From an uncultured Acidimicrobiaceae bacterium (GTDB lineage Bacteria > Actinomycetota > Acidimicrobiia > Acidimicrobiales > Bog-793): a stretch of DNA of 64,000 nucleotides. The stretch is from assembly GCA_963849105.1 (NCBI GenBank), contig CAWKGD010000005.1:360145-424144 (forward strand). Direction: 5' to 3'. Positions 7,525 through 18,656 of this stretch are shown here, in pieces. The translations under genes and the position numbers were made by a program. The notes beneath the pieces were generated by a model, which saw only the letters and a program-made list of their open reading frames with translations, was not told the DNA's origin and made no database searches. Positions within the stretch are counted from its first letter, which is position 1. The number at the start of each line of letters is the position of its first letter.

Positions 7525-10500
7525 ATGGACGGGGATCCGGTGATCTGTTCGAACTGCGCCACGGAGAATCCGATCGAAGCTCGCTTCTGCCTCGAATGTG
7601 GGCAGGGTCTCGTCCAGTCGTGTGCGAACTGCGGAACCGCTCTTCCTCCAGCAGCACGCTTCTGCTTTTCGTGCGGGCAATCCGTAGAGCAGACCTCGCC
7701 GCCTCCCACAGCGCCTGCTGACGGCGCGCAGGCCGCCGCCTCGGTCGCGTCGGCTTTCTCCCGAACGACCGCTGGCGCAACGCAACTCCGCCAGGTTTCC
7801 GTGCTGTTCTGCGATCTCGTTGACTTCACGACCTTGTCAGAGTCACGGGATCCCGAGGAAGTCCGCGAACTCCTGTCCGGTTACTTCGAGCTCGCCCGAT
7901 CGGTCGTCTCCCGCTATGGCGGAACGATCGAGAAGTTCATCGGCGACGCCGTGATGGCGGTGTGGGGCGCGCCCGTCGCAAAGGAAGATGACGCCGAACG
8001 CGCCGTCCGGTCGGCGCTCGACCTCGCCGCGGCGATATCCGCGTACGGCGACGAGCACGGCGTGCCACTCGATGCCCGCATCGGCGTCGCGACCGGCGCG
8101 GCGGCGACGACGACGCCGGAAGAGGGCATCGTCATCGGCGACCGGGTGAACACCGCGGCGCGCATCCAGTCCGTCGCGCCGCCGCGCAGCTGCTTCGTCG
8201 ACGACGCGACGAAGAACTCCACTTCCGCGGCGATCGCCTACCGCGACGCCGGCGAATTCGAATTGAAAGGGAAATCTGAACGCGTCCATCTCAATGAGGC
8301 GATGCGCGTCGTCGCCGGAGTCGGCGGCGCGCTGAAGTCACAGCGGCTCGAGGCACCCTTCGTCGGACGCGACGGCGAATTTCGGCTCGTGAAGGAGCTC
8401 CTCCACACCTCAGCCGAGCAACGTCGCGGCCTCCTCGTATCGATCGTCGGCGTGGCAGGGATCGGCAAGAGTCGGCTCGCCTGGGAGTTCTTCAAATACA
8501 TCGACGGGCTCGCCGACCCCTACTACTGGCACCTCGGACGGTGCCTCGCGTATGGAGACGGCGTCACGTACTGGGCCCTGGCGGAAATGGTGCGCAGCCG
8601 GGCGGGCATCGTGGAAGCTGAGGATCCAGCCTCGGCGAGCGTGAAGCTGCATACGACGGTCGAAACCTACGTCGCCGACGCGGACGAGCGCCGCTGGGTG
8701 GAGGCTCGTCTCGCCCAGCTTCTCGGTCTCGAACCCCGCACGTCGAACGACCGGGAGGACCTCTTTGCCGGGTGGCGCTTGTTCTTTGAGCGCATGGCGG
8801 AGATCAACCCGGTTGTTTTGTCCTTCGAAGACATGCAGTGGGCGGATTCGGCGCTGCTCGACTTCGTCGAATACCTGCTCGACTGGTCACGCAACCACCC
8901 CATCTTCGTGATCACGCTGACCCGTCCCGAGCTGCTCGAACGACAGCCCAACTGGGGCGCCGCGCACCGCAACTTCACCTCGATCGCGCTCGAACCGCTC
9001 GCGCCCCAGGCGATGCGTGCGCTGATCTCTGGACTCGTGCCCGGTCTTCCTGAAGAAGCCCGGGCACGGATCCTCGATCGCGCCGAAGGCATCCCGCTCT
9101 ACGCGGTCGAGACCATTCGCATGCTGATCGACCGCGGCGTGCTCGTGGGAGGCGACGGTGCCTACCGGCCGGCGGGACCGATCGACGCTCTCGAGATACC
9201 CGAGACCCTTCAAGCGCTCATCGCGGCGCGCCTCGACGATTTGAATGCTCTCGAACGCCACGTCATCGAGGACGCCTCCGTTCTCGGCAAGACCTTCACC
9301 CGCAAAGGTCTCTCGCAACTCTCTGGAATCGCGAACGAAGAGCTGTCCGAACCGCTCGAAGCGCTGATCCGCAAGGAACTCGTTTCGCTCCAGGCGGATC
9401 CGCGCTCTCCAGAACGCGGCCATTACATCTTCCTCCAGGACATGGTGCGCATGGTTGCGTACGAGTCGCTCCCGAAGCGGGATCGCAAAGAGAAGCACCT
9501 CGCGGCCGCCTCATATCTTGAAGGTGCCTTCGAGACCGAAGAGGACGAAGTCGTCGAAATCATCGCATCCCACTACCGCAGCGCGTTCGAACTCGCGCCG
9601 GGCGCTGAAGACGCGGGGTCGGTGAAGACACGAGCACGAGAGATGACGATGCGTGCGGGCGAGCGCGCCGCAGCGCTCGCCGACGCCGTTGGCGCGCAAA
9701 GGTATTTCGAACAGGCCATCGGTCTCACCGACGAGGATCTCGAGCGGGCGCACCTTGAAGAGCGCGCCGGTCAAATGGCCCGCCTCGCCGGCCGACCCGA
9801 TGCGGCGAGAACACACTCCGAACGTGCTATCTCGCTTTACGACCTGCTCGGAGAGACGCACCCGAGCGCCCGGGTCTCGGCGCAACTCGGCGAGATCGAC
9901 TTCGACGAGCTTCACATGCAACAAGGGATCGAGAGGATGGAAAGAGCCTTCGCGCTTCTTTCCGAAGACGAACCCGACGCCGATCTCGTGACGCTCGCAG
10001 CACAGCTCGGACGGTTCCATCTCTTTGCCGGGGCACCCGACGTCGGATTCCGGCGCGTCGAGTTCGCGCTCGAGCAAGCCGAAAAGCTCCGACTACGCGA
10101 ACAGTTCGTCCAAGCGCTCAATACGAAGGCGGTGATCCTCGAGTTCAAACGCCGACGCGAGGAGGCAACGCTGCTGCTTCGCCATGCGCTCGCCGTGGCG
10201 CTCTCGGAAGGCCTTTCCCAAGCGGCACTGCGCGCCTACAACAACCTCACCGCATTCCTTTCGGGCGGCGACCAACTCGACGAAATGCTGAAGCTCAGCC
10301 AGCAAGCGATCGAGCTCGCCCAGCGCATCGGTGATCGGGCATGGGAAGCGGGTTTCCTTTTGGGCGATATGAACCTCTGCGTGCTTCTCGGTGAATGGGA
10401 TCGCGCACTTGAGCTCGTATCAGAGATACGCGATCGACCCGGAATCCCGAGCTTCCTGATGACGCGGCTTATGTACGTGCTGCCGGTTCATATCCATCGC

Positions 10501-11079
10501 GGTGACCTCGCCGCGGCTCGCGAGGTGCTCGATTTGTTCGGAAACCTCGAAGATGCCGAAGAGATCCAGACTCGTGCGGCGTACTTGTCCTCGAAGTCCA
10601 TCGTGCTGCACGCCGAAGGAAAGCTCGAGGAAGCCCTCAAGGCGACTAATGAAGCGGCGGAAGCGTTGCACACGGTCGGAACGGGTGAATCGAAGGAGAT
10701 TCTCATCGACTTGCTCAACGTGGCTTTCGACGCCGACCGCGCGCGGGCTGCAGAGGTCGTTCGGGAGGTCGAGATGCTGAATCCAGGCGAGATCGCTCCC
10801 TCCCTGGGCGCGCACATGAGGCGCGTCCGGGCGAAGTTGTCGCCGACTCCGAGAAACGAAGACTTCGAGTACGCGATTGGCGTGTTTCGCGATCTTTCGA
10901 TGCAATTTTGGCTCGCCGTTGGTTTGCTCGAGTACGCGGAGTCGTTGGCCGCCCAGGATAGATATGACCAATCGCGTGCCGCGCTCGATGAAGCGCGAAC
11001 GCTCTTCGAAAAGCTTCGCGCGGCACCCTGGGTCGATCGCGTCACGAGCGCCGCAACGCAGCTTGCTTCCTCGAATTGA
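7525..11079 (+). CDS. multidomain signalling protein: double zinc ribbon + class III adenylate/guanylate cyclase + P-loop STAND ATPase + TPR repeats
   Basis: CSNC..CLEC..CANC..CFSC zinc ribbons. Cyclase motifs [37 protein letters not shown]. Walker [11 protein letters not shown]. Long helical-repeat C-terminus. Start taken at the ATG MDGDPV. Confidence 0.9.
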   Translation: MDGDPVICSNCATENPIEARFCLECGQGLVQSCANCGTALPPAARFCFSCGQSVEQTSPPPTAPADGAQAAASVASAFSRTTAGATQLRQVSVLFCDLVDFTTLSESRDPEEVRELLSGYFELARSVVSRYGGTIEKFIGDAVMAVWGAPVAKEDDAERAVRSALDLAAAISAYGDEHGVPLDARIGVATGAAATTTPEEGIVIGDRVNTAARIQSVAPPRSCFVDDATKNSTSAAIAYRDAGEFELKGKSERVHLNEAMRVVAGVGGALKSQRLEAPFVGRDGEFRLVKELLHTSAEQRRGLLVSIVGVAGIGKSRLAWEFFKYIDGLADPYYWHLGRCLAYGDGVTYWALAEMVRSRAGIVEAEDPASASVKLHTTVETYVADADERRWVEARLAQLLGLEPRTSNDREDLFAGWRLFFERMAEINPVVLSFEDMQWADSALLDFVEYLLDWSRNHPIFVITLTRPELLERQPNWGAAHRNFTSIALEPLAPQAMRALISGLVPGLPEEARARILDRAEGIPLYAVETIRMLIDRGVLVGGDGAYRPAGPIDALEIPETLQALIAARLDDLNALERHVIEDASVLGKTFTRKGLSQLSGIANEELSEPLEALIRKELVSLQADPRSPERGHYIFLQDMVRMVAYESLPKRDRKEKHLAAASYLEGAFETEEDEVVEIIASHYRSAFELAPGAEDAGSVKTRAREMTMRAGERAAALADAVGAQRYFEQAIGLTDEDLERAHLEERAGQMARLAGRPDAARTHSERAISLYDLLGETHPSARVSAQLGEIDFDELHMQQGIERMERAFALLSEDEPDADLVTLAAQLGRFHLFAGAPDVGFRRVEFALEQAEKLRLREQFVQALNTKAVILEFKRRREEATLLLRHALAVALSEGLSQAALRAYNNLTAFLSGGDQLDEMLKLSQQAIELAQRIGDRAWEAGFLLGDMNLCVLLGEWDRALELVSEIRDRPGIPSFLMTRLMYVLPVHIHRGDLAAAREVLDLFGNLEDAEEIQTRAAYLSSKSIVLHAEGKLEEALKATNEAAEALHTVGTGESKEILIDLLNVAFDADRARAAEVVREVEMLNPGEIAPSLGAHMRRVRAKLSPTPRNEDFEYAIGVFRDLSMQFWLAVGLLEYAESLAAQDRYDQSRAALDEARTLFEKLRAAPWVDRVTSAATQLASSN

Positions 11080-11086
11080 CTACCCC

Positions 11087-11722
11087 GTGCTAACCGCGAC
11101 GCTCAGCTTCGCCGCCGCGGCGTCGTTCATCGTTCTCGCGCCCGGACCCGACACGCTGCTCGTTCTGCGCAACTCGTTGAGCAGAGGTCGAGCCACTGGT
11201 CTCGTCACCATCGGCGGGATCGTGTCCGGGCTCTTGGTGTGGGCGACGATTGCTGCGTTCGGACTTGCGGCGCTGCTGCGGGCGAGCGAGGTCGGTTACA
11301 CGATCGTGCGCGTGGCGGGCGCGACCTACCTCATCGGATTCGGCATTCGACTCTTCATCTCCCGCCACAAAGACCGTGGGAACGAAGCGCTCGACGCACT
11401 CCCGACGCCGCGCAGCGCGAAGAGTGCACCCGCCGCCTACGTCTCGGGACTCGGGACGAACCTGCTCAATCCCAAGGTCGGGGTCTTCTTCGTCAGCTTC
11501 CTTCCGGTCTTCATCCCGAAGGGCGCCTCGGTCGGTTGGACCTCGGCGCTCTTCGCGGCGATCTTCATCATCGAGGGAACGGCATGGCTGCTCGCGATCG
11601 TGTTCTTCGCCTCGCGACTCGGCGAAGCCATCCGGCGACCAAAAATTCGCCGGCGGCTCGAACGGCTTTCGGGCGTCGTGATGATCGGTTTCGGGGTCCG
11701 CCTCGCGACCGAAGCACGCTGA
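11087..11722 (+). CDS. LysE/RhtB family amino-acid efflux translocator
   Basis: About 211 aa from the GTG at 11087 with LAPGPDTLLVL and NLLNPKVGVFF motifs and 5-6 hydrophobic spans. Confidence 0.8.
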   Translation: MLTATLSFAAAASFIVLAPGPDTLLVLRNSLSRGRATGLVTIGGIVSGLLVWATIAAFGLAALLRASEVGYTIVRVAGATYLIGFGIRLFISRHKDRGNEALDALPTPRSAKSAPAAYVSGLGTNLLNPKVGVFFVSFLPVFIPKGASVGWTSALFAAIFIIEGTAWLLAIVFFASRLGEAIRRPKIRRRLERLSGVVMIGFGVRLATEAR

Positions 11723-11728
11723 GCGAAC

Positions 11729-12925
11729 TCAGAGGCGCTCGACGACCGCCTGCGCAAACTCGCTCGTCTTCACCTCGCGCGCACCTTCCATCTGGCGCGC
11801 GAAGTCATAGGTCACGATCTTTTCGGCGATCGTCGCCTCGAGGGCGCGGACGATATCTGCCGCCGCTTTCGTCCAACCGATGTGCTCGAACATCATCACC
11901 CCGGAAAGGATGAGCGATCCCGGATTGACCTTGTCCTGTCCGGCATACTTCGGCGCGGTGCCGTGTGTCGCCTCGAAGACGCCGTGCCCGGTGACGTAGT
12001 TGATGTTGCCCCCGGGCGCGATGCCGATCCCTCCGACCTGCGCAGCGAGGGCGTCTGAGAGATAGTCACCGTTCAGGTTCGTCGTCGCGATGACGTCGAA
12101 TTCATCGGGTCGCGTGAGGACTTGCTGCAAAGTGATGTCGGCGATCGCGTCCTTCACCAGGATCTTGTCGCCGGGGTTGCCGCCGCAGTCGTCCCACGAG
12201 ACGGCGATGTCGGCGAACTCCTCTTTGACGAGTTCGTAGCCCCAGGCACGAAAGGCGCCCTCGGTGAACTTCTGGATGTTGCCCTTGTGGACGAGCGTCA
12301 CGCTCTGGCGGCCGTGGGTCTTCGCGTACTGGATCGCGGCGCGCACGAGACGCTTCGAACCGGTGATCGAGACGGGCTTGATGCCGACGCCGGAGTCCAG
12401 CCGGATGTTCCAGCCGTACTCTGTTCGCAAGAACTTGAGGAGCTTCTTCGCGTCTTCGGTACCCTCTTCGACCTCGAAGCCGGCATAGACGTCCTCGGTG
12501 TTCTCGCGGAAGATCACCATGTCGACCTTGCCGGGCCAGCGGACCGGTGAGGGCACACCCGGGAACCAGCGCACCGGCCGCAGGCAGACGTACAGGTCGA
12601 GTTGCTGGCGTAGCGCCACGTTCAAGGATCGGATGCCGCCACCGACGGGCGTCGTGAGCGGGCCCTTGATCCCGATCAGGTGTTCCCGGAAGGCGTCGAC
12701 CGTCTCTTCGGGCAGCCAGCTGCCGGTTCGCTCGTGCGCCTTCTCGCCTGCGAGGACTTCCTTCCACTTGATGCGCTTGTTGTGCTTCGCCGACGCGGCA
12801 TCAAAGACCAACTGCGCGGCAGGCCAGATATCCACCCCGGTTCCGTCCCCCTCGATGTAAGGGATGATCGGCTCATCGGGGACGGAGAGCTCACCGGAGG
12901 GCGACATCGTGATCTTTTCGGGCAT
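11729..12925 (-). CDS. icd: isocitrate dehydrogenase (NADP), prokaryotic homodimeric type
   Basis: Near-colinear match to E. coli Icd by eye: [75 protein letters not shown]. Confidence 0.97.
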   Translation of the reverse strand: MPEKITMSPSGELSVPDEPIIPYIEGDGTGVDIWPAAQLVFDAASAKHNKRIKWKEVLAGEKAHERTGSWLPEETVDAFREHLIGIKGPLTTPVGGGIRSLNVALRQQLDLYVCLRPVRWFPGVPSPVRWPGKVDMVIFRENTEDVYAGFEVEEGTEDAKKLLKFLRTEYGWNIRLDSGVGIKPVSITGSKRLVRAAIQYAKTHGRQSVTLVHKGNIQKFTEGAFRAWGYELVKEEFADIAVSWDDCGGNPGDKILVKDAIADITLQQVLTRPDEFDVIATTNLNGDYLSDALAAQVGGIGIAPGGNINYVTGHGVFEATHGTAPKYAGQDKVNPGSLILSGVMMFEHIGWTKAAADIVRALEATIAEKIVTYDFARQMEGAREVKTSEFAQAVVERL

Positions 12926-12985
12926 GAAGCGAGCCTACCGGTGGGCACCGAGAGGGCAATTTGGCCGCGACTCGGCGCCGGAGCG

Positions 12986-13867
12986 TTAGACGCGCGGTTC
13001 TTTCCTACGCGCCAATCCGAGGTTGTTGCAGATCGCGACGGTCGCAGAGACCTGGTTCATCGTGTAGAAGTGCAGGCCCGGCGCACCAGCCGTGCGGAGT
13101 TTCTCGCAGAGCTCGGTTGCGAGCTCGATGCCGACCGCCCGAACCGTGTCGGCGTCGTCCGCGACCGCGTCAATCGCTTCGATGACCGAAGTGGGCACCG
13201 TCGACCCAGAGAGGTCTGCCATCCGCGTGACCGATCGGACACTTGTGATCGGCATAACGCCCGGAAGGATCGGCTTTTCAACGCCGAGCGCCGCGAGGTC
13301 GTCGACGAGGCGGAGATACTCGCCGAGCTCGAAAAAGATCTGAGTGATCGCGAAGTCGGCGAGGGCGAGCTTCTCGGCGACATATCGCCGGTCTGTCGCG
13401 ACATCCTGCGCGGCGGGATGACCGGACGGATACGCGGCGACGGCGACGCAAAAGGGCGCGACCGACTGCGCGAGCTTGACGAGCTCGATCGCGTGGACGA
13501 GCTCCCCTGGCGGAAGCGGGCCGTCGGAACCTGACGGCGGGTCGCCGAGCAGGGCCAGCACGTTGCCGATCCCCGCTTCGGCGTAGCGGCGGAGGATCGC
13601 TTCGAGCTCCTCGCGGCGGTGCGCGGCGCAAGTGAGATGCGCCATCGGCTCGGTGCGGCCATCCTGTTCGATCTCGACAACGAGCTCGTGCGTTCGCTCG
13701 CGCGTCGAACCCCCTGCGCCATAGGTGATCGACGCAAAATCCGGCTCGAGCGCGTACAGATCCTTGAGCACGCGCTCGAGGTGTTCCTTTGCTTCGTCGG
13801 TGCGTGGCGGCCACAGCTCGATGGAAAGTGTCCGGCGCTGCGCAAGCATCGCGTCGATCCGTGCCAT
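12986..13867 (-). CDS. metF: methylenetetrahydrofolate reductase
   Basis: 293 aa with LSIELWPPRT, ITYGAGGSTRERT and an HLTC-type core, typical MetF. Confidence 0.9.
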   Translation of the reverse strand: MARIDAMLAQRRTLSIELWPPRTDEAKEHLERVLKDLYALEPDFASITYGAGGSTRERTHELVVEIEQDGRTEPMAHLTCAAHRREELEAILRRYAEAGIGNVLALLGDPPSGSDGPLPPGELVHAIELVKLAQSVAPFCVAVAAYPSGHPAAQDVATDRRYVAEKLALADFAITQIFFELGEYLRLVDDLAALGVEKPILPGVMPITSVRSVTRMADLSGSTVPTSVIEAIDAVADDADTVRAVGIELATELCEKLRTAGAPGLHFYTMNQVSATVAICNNLGLARRKEPRV

Positions 13868-13940
13868 TCCGATGACAGTTTGACAGCCGCCGCACTCGGT
13901 CCGGACAGACCGTCACACGGCTCGGTTAGGTTCGCCCGAC

Positions 13941-15215
13941 GTGCCCCGGTTGCCGAGCGTGTTCCGTCATCGGGACTTCGCACTTCTTTGGAGCGGTCAA
14001 ACGACCTCGGTCCTCGGAGACGGGATCTTCTCCGTCGCGCTCGCGCTCGAGACGTTGAAGGTGAGCAATCACGCCTCGACGCTCTCGTACGTGATGGCGG
14101 CGCGCATCGCGCCGAGCGCGGTGTTGCTGTTGTTCGCGGGTGCCCTCGTCGACCGCCTTCCCCGTCGCCTCGTCGTCCTCGGTGCCGATCTGTCCCGCGG
14201 ACTCGGGATTGCCGCGCTCACCGGGCTCGTCGCCGCGCACGCGCTGACCGTCGTTGAACTCGTCGTGATCTCGATCATTGTCGGCGTCGGGGACGCCTTC
14301 TTCTACCCCGCTTATTTGGCGATCATCCCCGAGCTGCTTCCGACTGACTTGCTCGCAGAGGGCAACGCCTTCAACAGCGGCAGCCAGGTTCTCGGCCAGT
14401 CCCTCGCCGGCCCGGCGATCGGCGGAGTCCTCGTCGCCGCGTTCGGCACCTCCTCGGCGTTCGCAGTCGACGCGGCGAGCTTCATCGTCAGCGCCGGCTG
14501 CCTGCTCGCGATGCGCGCCATCCCGCCACCAGCGGCGACGGGCAAGTCGATCCTCGCCGACGTCCATGTCGGGCTTCGCTGGACGATGCGACAACGCTGG
14601 CTCTGGTACGGGATCCTGGCGGCGAGCATCGCGAACTTCGCCGGCTTTTCCCCGATCTCGATCCTGATACCGCTGATCGTGCGCGACGTTCTCCACCAGG
14701 GGGCAGTCGCGTACGGGGCCGTGTTCGCCGTTTCCGGTGCCGGAGGTGCGCTCGCCTCGGTCGCCGTGGGCCGCTTCGGCACACCGCGGCGACGGACGAC
14801 CGTCATCTGGACGGTCTGGGCGGTGGCCTCGGCGTGTCTGCTCGGAGTCGGGCTCGCGCCCGACGTTTTCGTCCTCGCCGCCTTCGGCGCCATCGCCGTC
14901 GGGGGGCTCGTCTATGGGAACTTGATCTGGCAGACGATGTCCCAACAGCTCATTCCAGCCGAAATGCTCGGCAGGGTCTCATCGGTCGACTGGCTGTTTT
15001 CGATCTGCCTGTCGCCGCTCGGCATTCTCGTCGCCGGCGTGCTCGCCACGTCGATCGGTGCCCGCGACACGATGGTCGCCGGCGCACTCGTTTCGCTCGC
15101 CGCCGCCGGGGTCGCGTTCGTGCCCGGGGTGCGCGATCCCGACCGGCCGGACTTTCGGTCGATCCCGCTCGAGCCGCCGGAGCTCCCCGGCGAAGAGGCC
15201 GCGTCGTTCAGCTGA
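13941..15215 (+). CDS. MFS transporter
   Basis: 424 aa, about 12 hydrophobic spans. N-terminal FRHRDFALLWSGQTTSVLGDG is typical of MFS_3/EntS-like exporters. Confidence 0.85.
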   Translation: MPRLPSVFRHRDFALLWSGQTTSVLGDGIFSVALALETLKVSNHASTLSYVMAARIAPSAVLLLFAGALVDRLPRRLVVLGADLSRGLGIAALTGLVAAHALTVVELVVISIIVGVGDAFFYPAYLAIIPELLPTDLLAEGNAFNSGSQVLGQSLAGPAIGGVLVAAFGTSSAFAVDAASFIVSAGCLLAMRAIPPPAATGKSILADVHVGLRWTMRQRWLWYGILAASIANFAGFSPISILIPLIVRDVLHQGAVAYGAVFAVSGAGGALASVAVGRFGTPRRRTTVIWTVWAVASACLLGVGLAPDVFVLAAFGAIAVGGLVYGNLIWQTMSQQLIPAEMLGRVSSVDWLFSICLSPLGILVAGVLATSIGARDTMVAGALVSLAAAGVAFVPGVRDPDRPDFRSIPLEPPELPGEEAASFS

Positions 15216-16389
15216 ACGCGTCGAGACCGGTGAGCGCTCGGCCGATCGCAAGCTGGTGGACCTCGGCTGTCCCCTCGTAGGTGAGGACGGATTCGAGGTT
15301 CACGGAGTGGCGGATGGCGGGGTATTCCAGCGTGATCCCGTTCGCGCCGAGGATCGTGCGGCACTCGCGGGCGATGGCGAGCGCCTCTCTCGTGTTGTTC
15401 AGCTTTGCGACGCTCACCTGCTCGGGGCGGAGCGCTCCGGCAGCCTTCAGCAGCGCGAGCCGGTACGCGAGCAAGAGGCCCTTTGTGTATTCGAGCGCCA
15501 TGTCCGCAAGCTTCGCCTGGGTGAGCTGGAAGCTCCCGATCGCGCGACCGAACTGCTCGCGCGAGGTCGCGTATTCGAGCGCGGATTCAAGACAGCTGCG
15601 CGCCGCTCCCATGACGCCCCAGGCGATGCCGTAGCGCGCCTCATTCAGACACGAGAGTGGTCCCCGCAACCCCTTCACGCCAGGAAGGATCGCCGCGTCA
15701 GGGACGCGCACCGCGTCGAAGGTGAGCTCGCTCGTGACGCTCGCCCGCAACGACAACTTGTGGTGCACGTCGCGCGTCGTGAACCCAGGAGAGCCCTTCT
15801 CGACGAGGAACCCCCGGATACCGTCGTCGGTCTTCGCCCAGACGACGGCGACATCGGCGAGGCTCCCGTTGGTGATCCACATCTTCGAACCCGAGATCAC
15901 CCAATCGGACCCTTCCATACGGGCGTGGGTGCGCATCGAGGCGGGGTCACTTCCCGAGTCGGGTTCGGTCAAACCGAAACAGCCGATCGCCTCGCCACTC
16001 GCCATCATCGGCAGCCAGCGTTTCTTCTGCTCGTCGGTTCCGTACCTCTGGATCGGGTACATGCACAGCGAGCTCTGCACCGAACAGAACGAGCGGAAAC
16101 CGCTGTCGATCGCCTCGAGCTCCATCATCACGAGGCCGTAGGAAACGGGGTCCATGCCCGGCGTCCCGTCGAGCTCGGCGTACATCCCGAACAATCCGAG
16201 CGCACCGAGCTCCTTCGCGATCTCCACGGGGAACGCACCCTCCTCGAACCATGCCGCGATGTCGGGAAGGAGGCGCTTTCTCGCGAAGGATCGGACGGTG
16301 CGTTGCACCTCACTTTGCGCGTCGTCAAACAGATCGTCGACGGCGAGCAGATCGGGTGGTCCAAGTCTCGGCTGCGATCCGGCCGTCAT
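15208..16389 (-). CDS. acyl-CoA dehydrogenase, glutaryl-CoA dehydrogenase-like
   Basis: ATG at 16389 gives 393 aa. Motifs: GCFGLTEPDSGSDPASM, WITNG, ARYGIAWG, TYEGTAEVH. Convergent 8-nt overlap with the MFS gene. Confidence 0.9.
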   Translation of the reverse strand: MTAGSQPRLGPPDLLAVDDLFDDAQSEVQRTVRSFARKRLLPDIAAWFEEGAFPVEIAKELGALGLFGMYAELDGTPGMDPVSYGLVMMELEAIDSGFRSFCSVQSSLCMYPIQRYGTDEQKKRWLPMMASGEAIGCFGLTEPDSGSDPASMRTHARMEGSDWVISGSKMWITNGSLADVAVVWAKTDDGIRGFLVEKGSPGFTTRDVHHKLSLRASVTSELTFDAVRVPDAAILPGVKGLRGPLSCLNEARYGIAWGVMGAARSCLESALEYATSREQFGRAIGSFQLTQAKLADMALEYTKGLLLAYRLALLKAAGALRPEQVSVAKLNNTREALAIARECRTILGANGITLEYPAIRHSVNLESVLTYEGTAEVHQLAIGRALTGLDAFS

Positions 16390-16539
16390 GGCAACGACCG
16401 CCCAATCGGCTTTTCGAGGAGCAAGACGGCGTCCACGGCTCCATCCTCGCGAAACGCGGCGCCGCGTCACGAATCGGGCCACGCCGCGTTCTCCCCCGGC
16501 ACCGCCGAGCGGACGAGCGGGCGGCGACAATGTCGCCTC

Positions 16540-17781
16540 GTGGACTCGTGGCTCGCCCGCCTTCCTTTCCGCTCACGATCCGGCCCCCGGCCGGCCGGCC
16601 TTCCACGGCCGTTCTGGTTCATCTGGGCGGGGACCCTCGTCAACCGGATCTGCTACTTCGTCGAGCCTTTCCTGGCGATCTACCTCGCCCGATCGGTCCA
16701 TCTGCGCACGTCGACGATCGGGCTCGTGCTGACGAGCTTCGGGGCAGGGTCGTTCATCTCCCAGCCGATCGGCGGGTTCCTCGCCGATCGCGTCGGACGA
16801 CGCCGCACGCTCGTCGCGGGAATGGTCGCCACCGCCGCCTCGTACGGGTTCCTCGTCAGCGCACGTGGCGTCCTTGTGATCAGCCTCGCCGCGTTCACGG
16901 CGGGGCTGGCGATCGACCTCTACCGACCAGCGGTGAGCGCGCTGATCGCCGACCTCGTCGAACCCGACCAGCGCCGCCGCGCCTACGGCCTCAACTACTG
17001 GGCGCTCAACCTCGGGGTCTCCTTCGCTGGCGTGCTGGGTGGCTACTTCGCGAGCCGCAACTTCCATCTGCTCTTCGCGCTCGACGGCGCGACCTGTCTC
17101 GGTTTCGCGGTGCTCATCGCGCGGGGAGTCCCCGAGCTCGGCGTGCCCCAAGCGCCGGCGGCGGAGAGTTCCGGGTACTCGGTCGCGCTGCACGACGCGC
17201 TGCTCGTCGCCCTTACCGGTGCGACGATGCTCACGGCGACGGTGTACATCCAGTCGTTCGCGACTCTGCCGCTCGCGATGCGCGCCGATCACCTCAGTCC
17301 GCTCGACTACGGAATCGCATACACCGTCAATCCGGTCGCGGTGATCGTGCTGCAACCGATCGCGATCCGCGTTCTCGCCCGCCGCTCCGCACCCGGCGTT
17401 CTCGTCGCCTCGTCTCTCCTCGTCGGCGGCGGGTTCGGCCTCGACGTCTTCGCGCACTCGCTGCTCGCGTACGCGGCGACGGTGCTCGTGTGGACCTTGG
17501 GCGAGATCGCCGGAAGCGTCGTCGGTTCAGCGCTGATTGCCGATCTCGCACCGGCGCACCAGCGTGGTCGCTACAACGGCGTCTACTCGGCGGCCTTCGG
17601 TGGGTCGGCGATCCTCGGACCGCTCACCGGGACGATGGCGCTCGGCCACCTCGGCCGGACGACCTTGTGGACGTCGTGCCTGGTCCTCGGTTTTGTGGCA
17701 GCGTTGCTCGTCGCGACCACCGGGCCGGCGATCAGGCGGCGCACGACGGCCCCGGGGATCGCCGCAACGGCGTCCGCGTGA
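16540..17781 (+). CDS. MFS transporter
   Basis: This is the 3' third of a 907-aa tool ORF. The hydrophobic 12-span part begins ...FWFIWAGTLVNRICYF, with an LADRVGRRR loop motif. Start provisionally set at the in-frame GTG at 16540. Confidence 0.78.
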   Translation: MDSWLARLPFRSRSGPRPAGLPRPFWFIWAGTLVNRICYFVEPFLAIYLARSVHLRTSTIGLVLTSFGAGSFISQPIGGFLADRVGRRRTLVAGMVATAASYGFLVSARGVLVISLAAFTAGLAIDLYRPAVSALIADLVEPDQRRRAYGLNYWALNLGVSFAGVLGGYFASRNFHLLFALDGATCLGFAVLIARGVPELGVPQAPAAESSGYSVALHDALLVALTGATMLTATVYIQSFATLPLAMRADHLSPLDYGIAYTVNPVAVIVLQPIAIRVLARRSAPGVLVASSLLVGGGFGLDVFAHSLLAYAATVLVWTLGEIAGSVVGSALIADLAPAHQRGRYNGVYSAAFGGSAILGPLTGTMALGHLGRTTLWTSCLVLGFVAALLVATTGPAIRRRTTAPGIAATASA

Positions 17782-17785
17782 TCCG

Positions 17786-18643
17786 TCAGCGAAGGCGACG
17801 GCGCGCGGCGCGCACGGCGTTTTTGAGCAGCATCGCCCGCGTCATCGGTCCGACACCGCCGATGCGCGGCGTGATGTAGCCCGCCACCTCGGCGACGCTC
17901 TCTTCGACGTCGGAGAGCAGCCGCCGACCCTCGAAGGACGTCCCCGCGCCGACGACGGCGGCTCCGGGCTTCACCATCTCCTTCGTCACGATACCCGCCC
18001 GCCCGACCGCCGCGACAATGACATCCGCCCGCCGCGTGTACGCACCGAGATCGGCCACCCCGGTGTGAAGGGCGGTGACCGCGGCGTTGCAGTATGGTCG
18101 CTTCGACGACATCAGCAGGGCGAGCGGTCGTCCGATGGTGAGGCCGCGCCCCAAGATGACGACGTTGCGGCCTTCGACGGGCACGTCGTGATGAGCGAGC
18201 AACTCAACGATCCCGGCCGGCGTGCAGGGGAGCGGGCCATCGACCCCGATCACGAGCCGGCCGAGATTGACGGGATGGAGCCCGTCGACGTCTTTTTGCG
18301 GATCGATCGCGACGAGCGCCGCAAAGTCGTCGAGGTGTGAGGGAAGCGGGACCTGCACCAAGAAGGCGTCGATCGCTGGATCGTCGTTGAAGCGGCGCAC
18401 GACCGCCAAGACGTCGTCGATCGACGAGTCCTCGGCGAGGTGCTCCCCGAACGACGCGATGCCGACGGAGGCCGAGTCCTCGTGCTTCAGTTCGACGTAG
18501 CGCGCGCTCGCCGGGTCGTCCCCGACGAGGATCGTGCCGAGCCCCGGTACGACGCCGCGCGCCCGCATCTCGGCGACCTCGGCCGTGACCTCGACGCGGA
18601 TCTGCTCGGCGAGCGCCGCGCCGTCCAAGATGACAGCACTCAT
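17786..18643 (-). CDS. folD: bifunctional methylene-THF dehydrogenase / methenyl-THF cyclohydrolase
   Basis: 285 aa with PGLGTILVGDDPAS..YV..K, TPAGIVELL, GRGLTIGRP and PGGVGPMT-like motifs. Confidence 0.95.
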   Translation of the reverse strand: MSAVILDGAALAEQIRVEVTAEVAEMRARGVVPGLGTILVGDDPASARYVELKHEDSASVGIASFGEHLAEDSSIDDVLAVVRRFNDDPAIDAFLVQVPLPSHLDDFAALVAIDPQKDVDGLHPVNLGRLVIGVDGPLPCTPAGIVELLAHHDVPVEGRNVVILGRGLTIGRPLALLMSSKRPYCNAAVTALHTGVADLGAYTRRADVIVAAVGRAGIVTKEMVKPGAAVVGAGTSFEGRRLLSDVEESVAEVAGYITPRIGGVGPMTRAMLLKNAVRAARRRLR

Positions 18644-18656
18644 CGTGCGCCGGCGC

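Noticed and set aside
7419-7829. N-terminal extension of the mdh ORF; similar extensions occur for scoA (29383-29793), groES (43123-43587), glmS (61695-61823) and the UDG gene (56792-57031)
   Set aside because: Homology to the known families starts at internal start codons that I verified in the sequence: CAT on the plus strand at 7416-7418, 29380-29382, 43120-43122 and 61692-61694, and GTG at 56791. The extensions overlap neighbouring genes or regulatory DNA and have no family similarity.
15058-16539. 5' two-thirds of a 907-aa plus-strand ORF
   Set aside because: It runs antisense to the well-supported acyl-CoA dehydrogenase. Its translation is Arg/Gly/Pro-rich with no domain pattern. Only the hydrophobic 3' third (from about 16540) looks like a real MFS gene. 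This is a typical high-GC shadow ORF.
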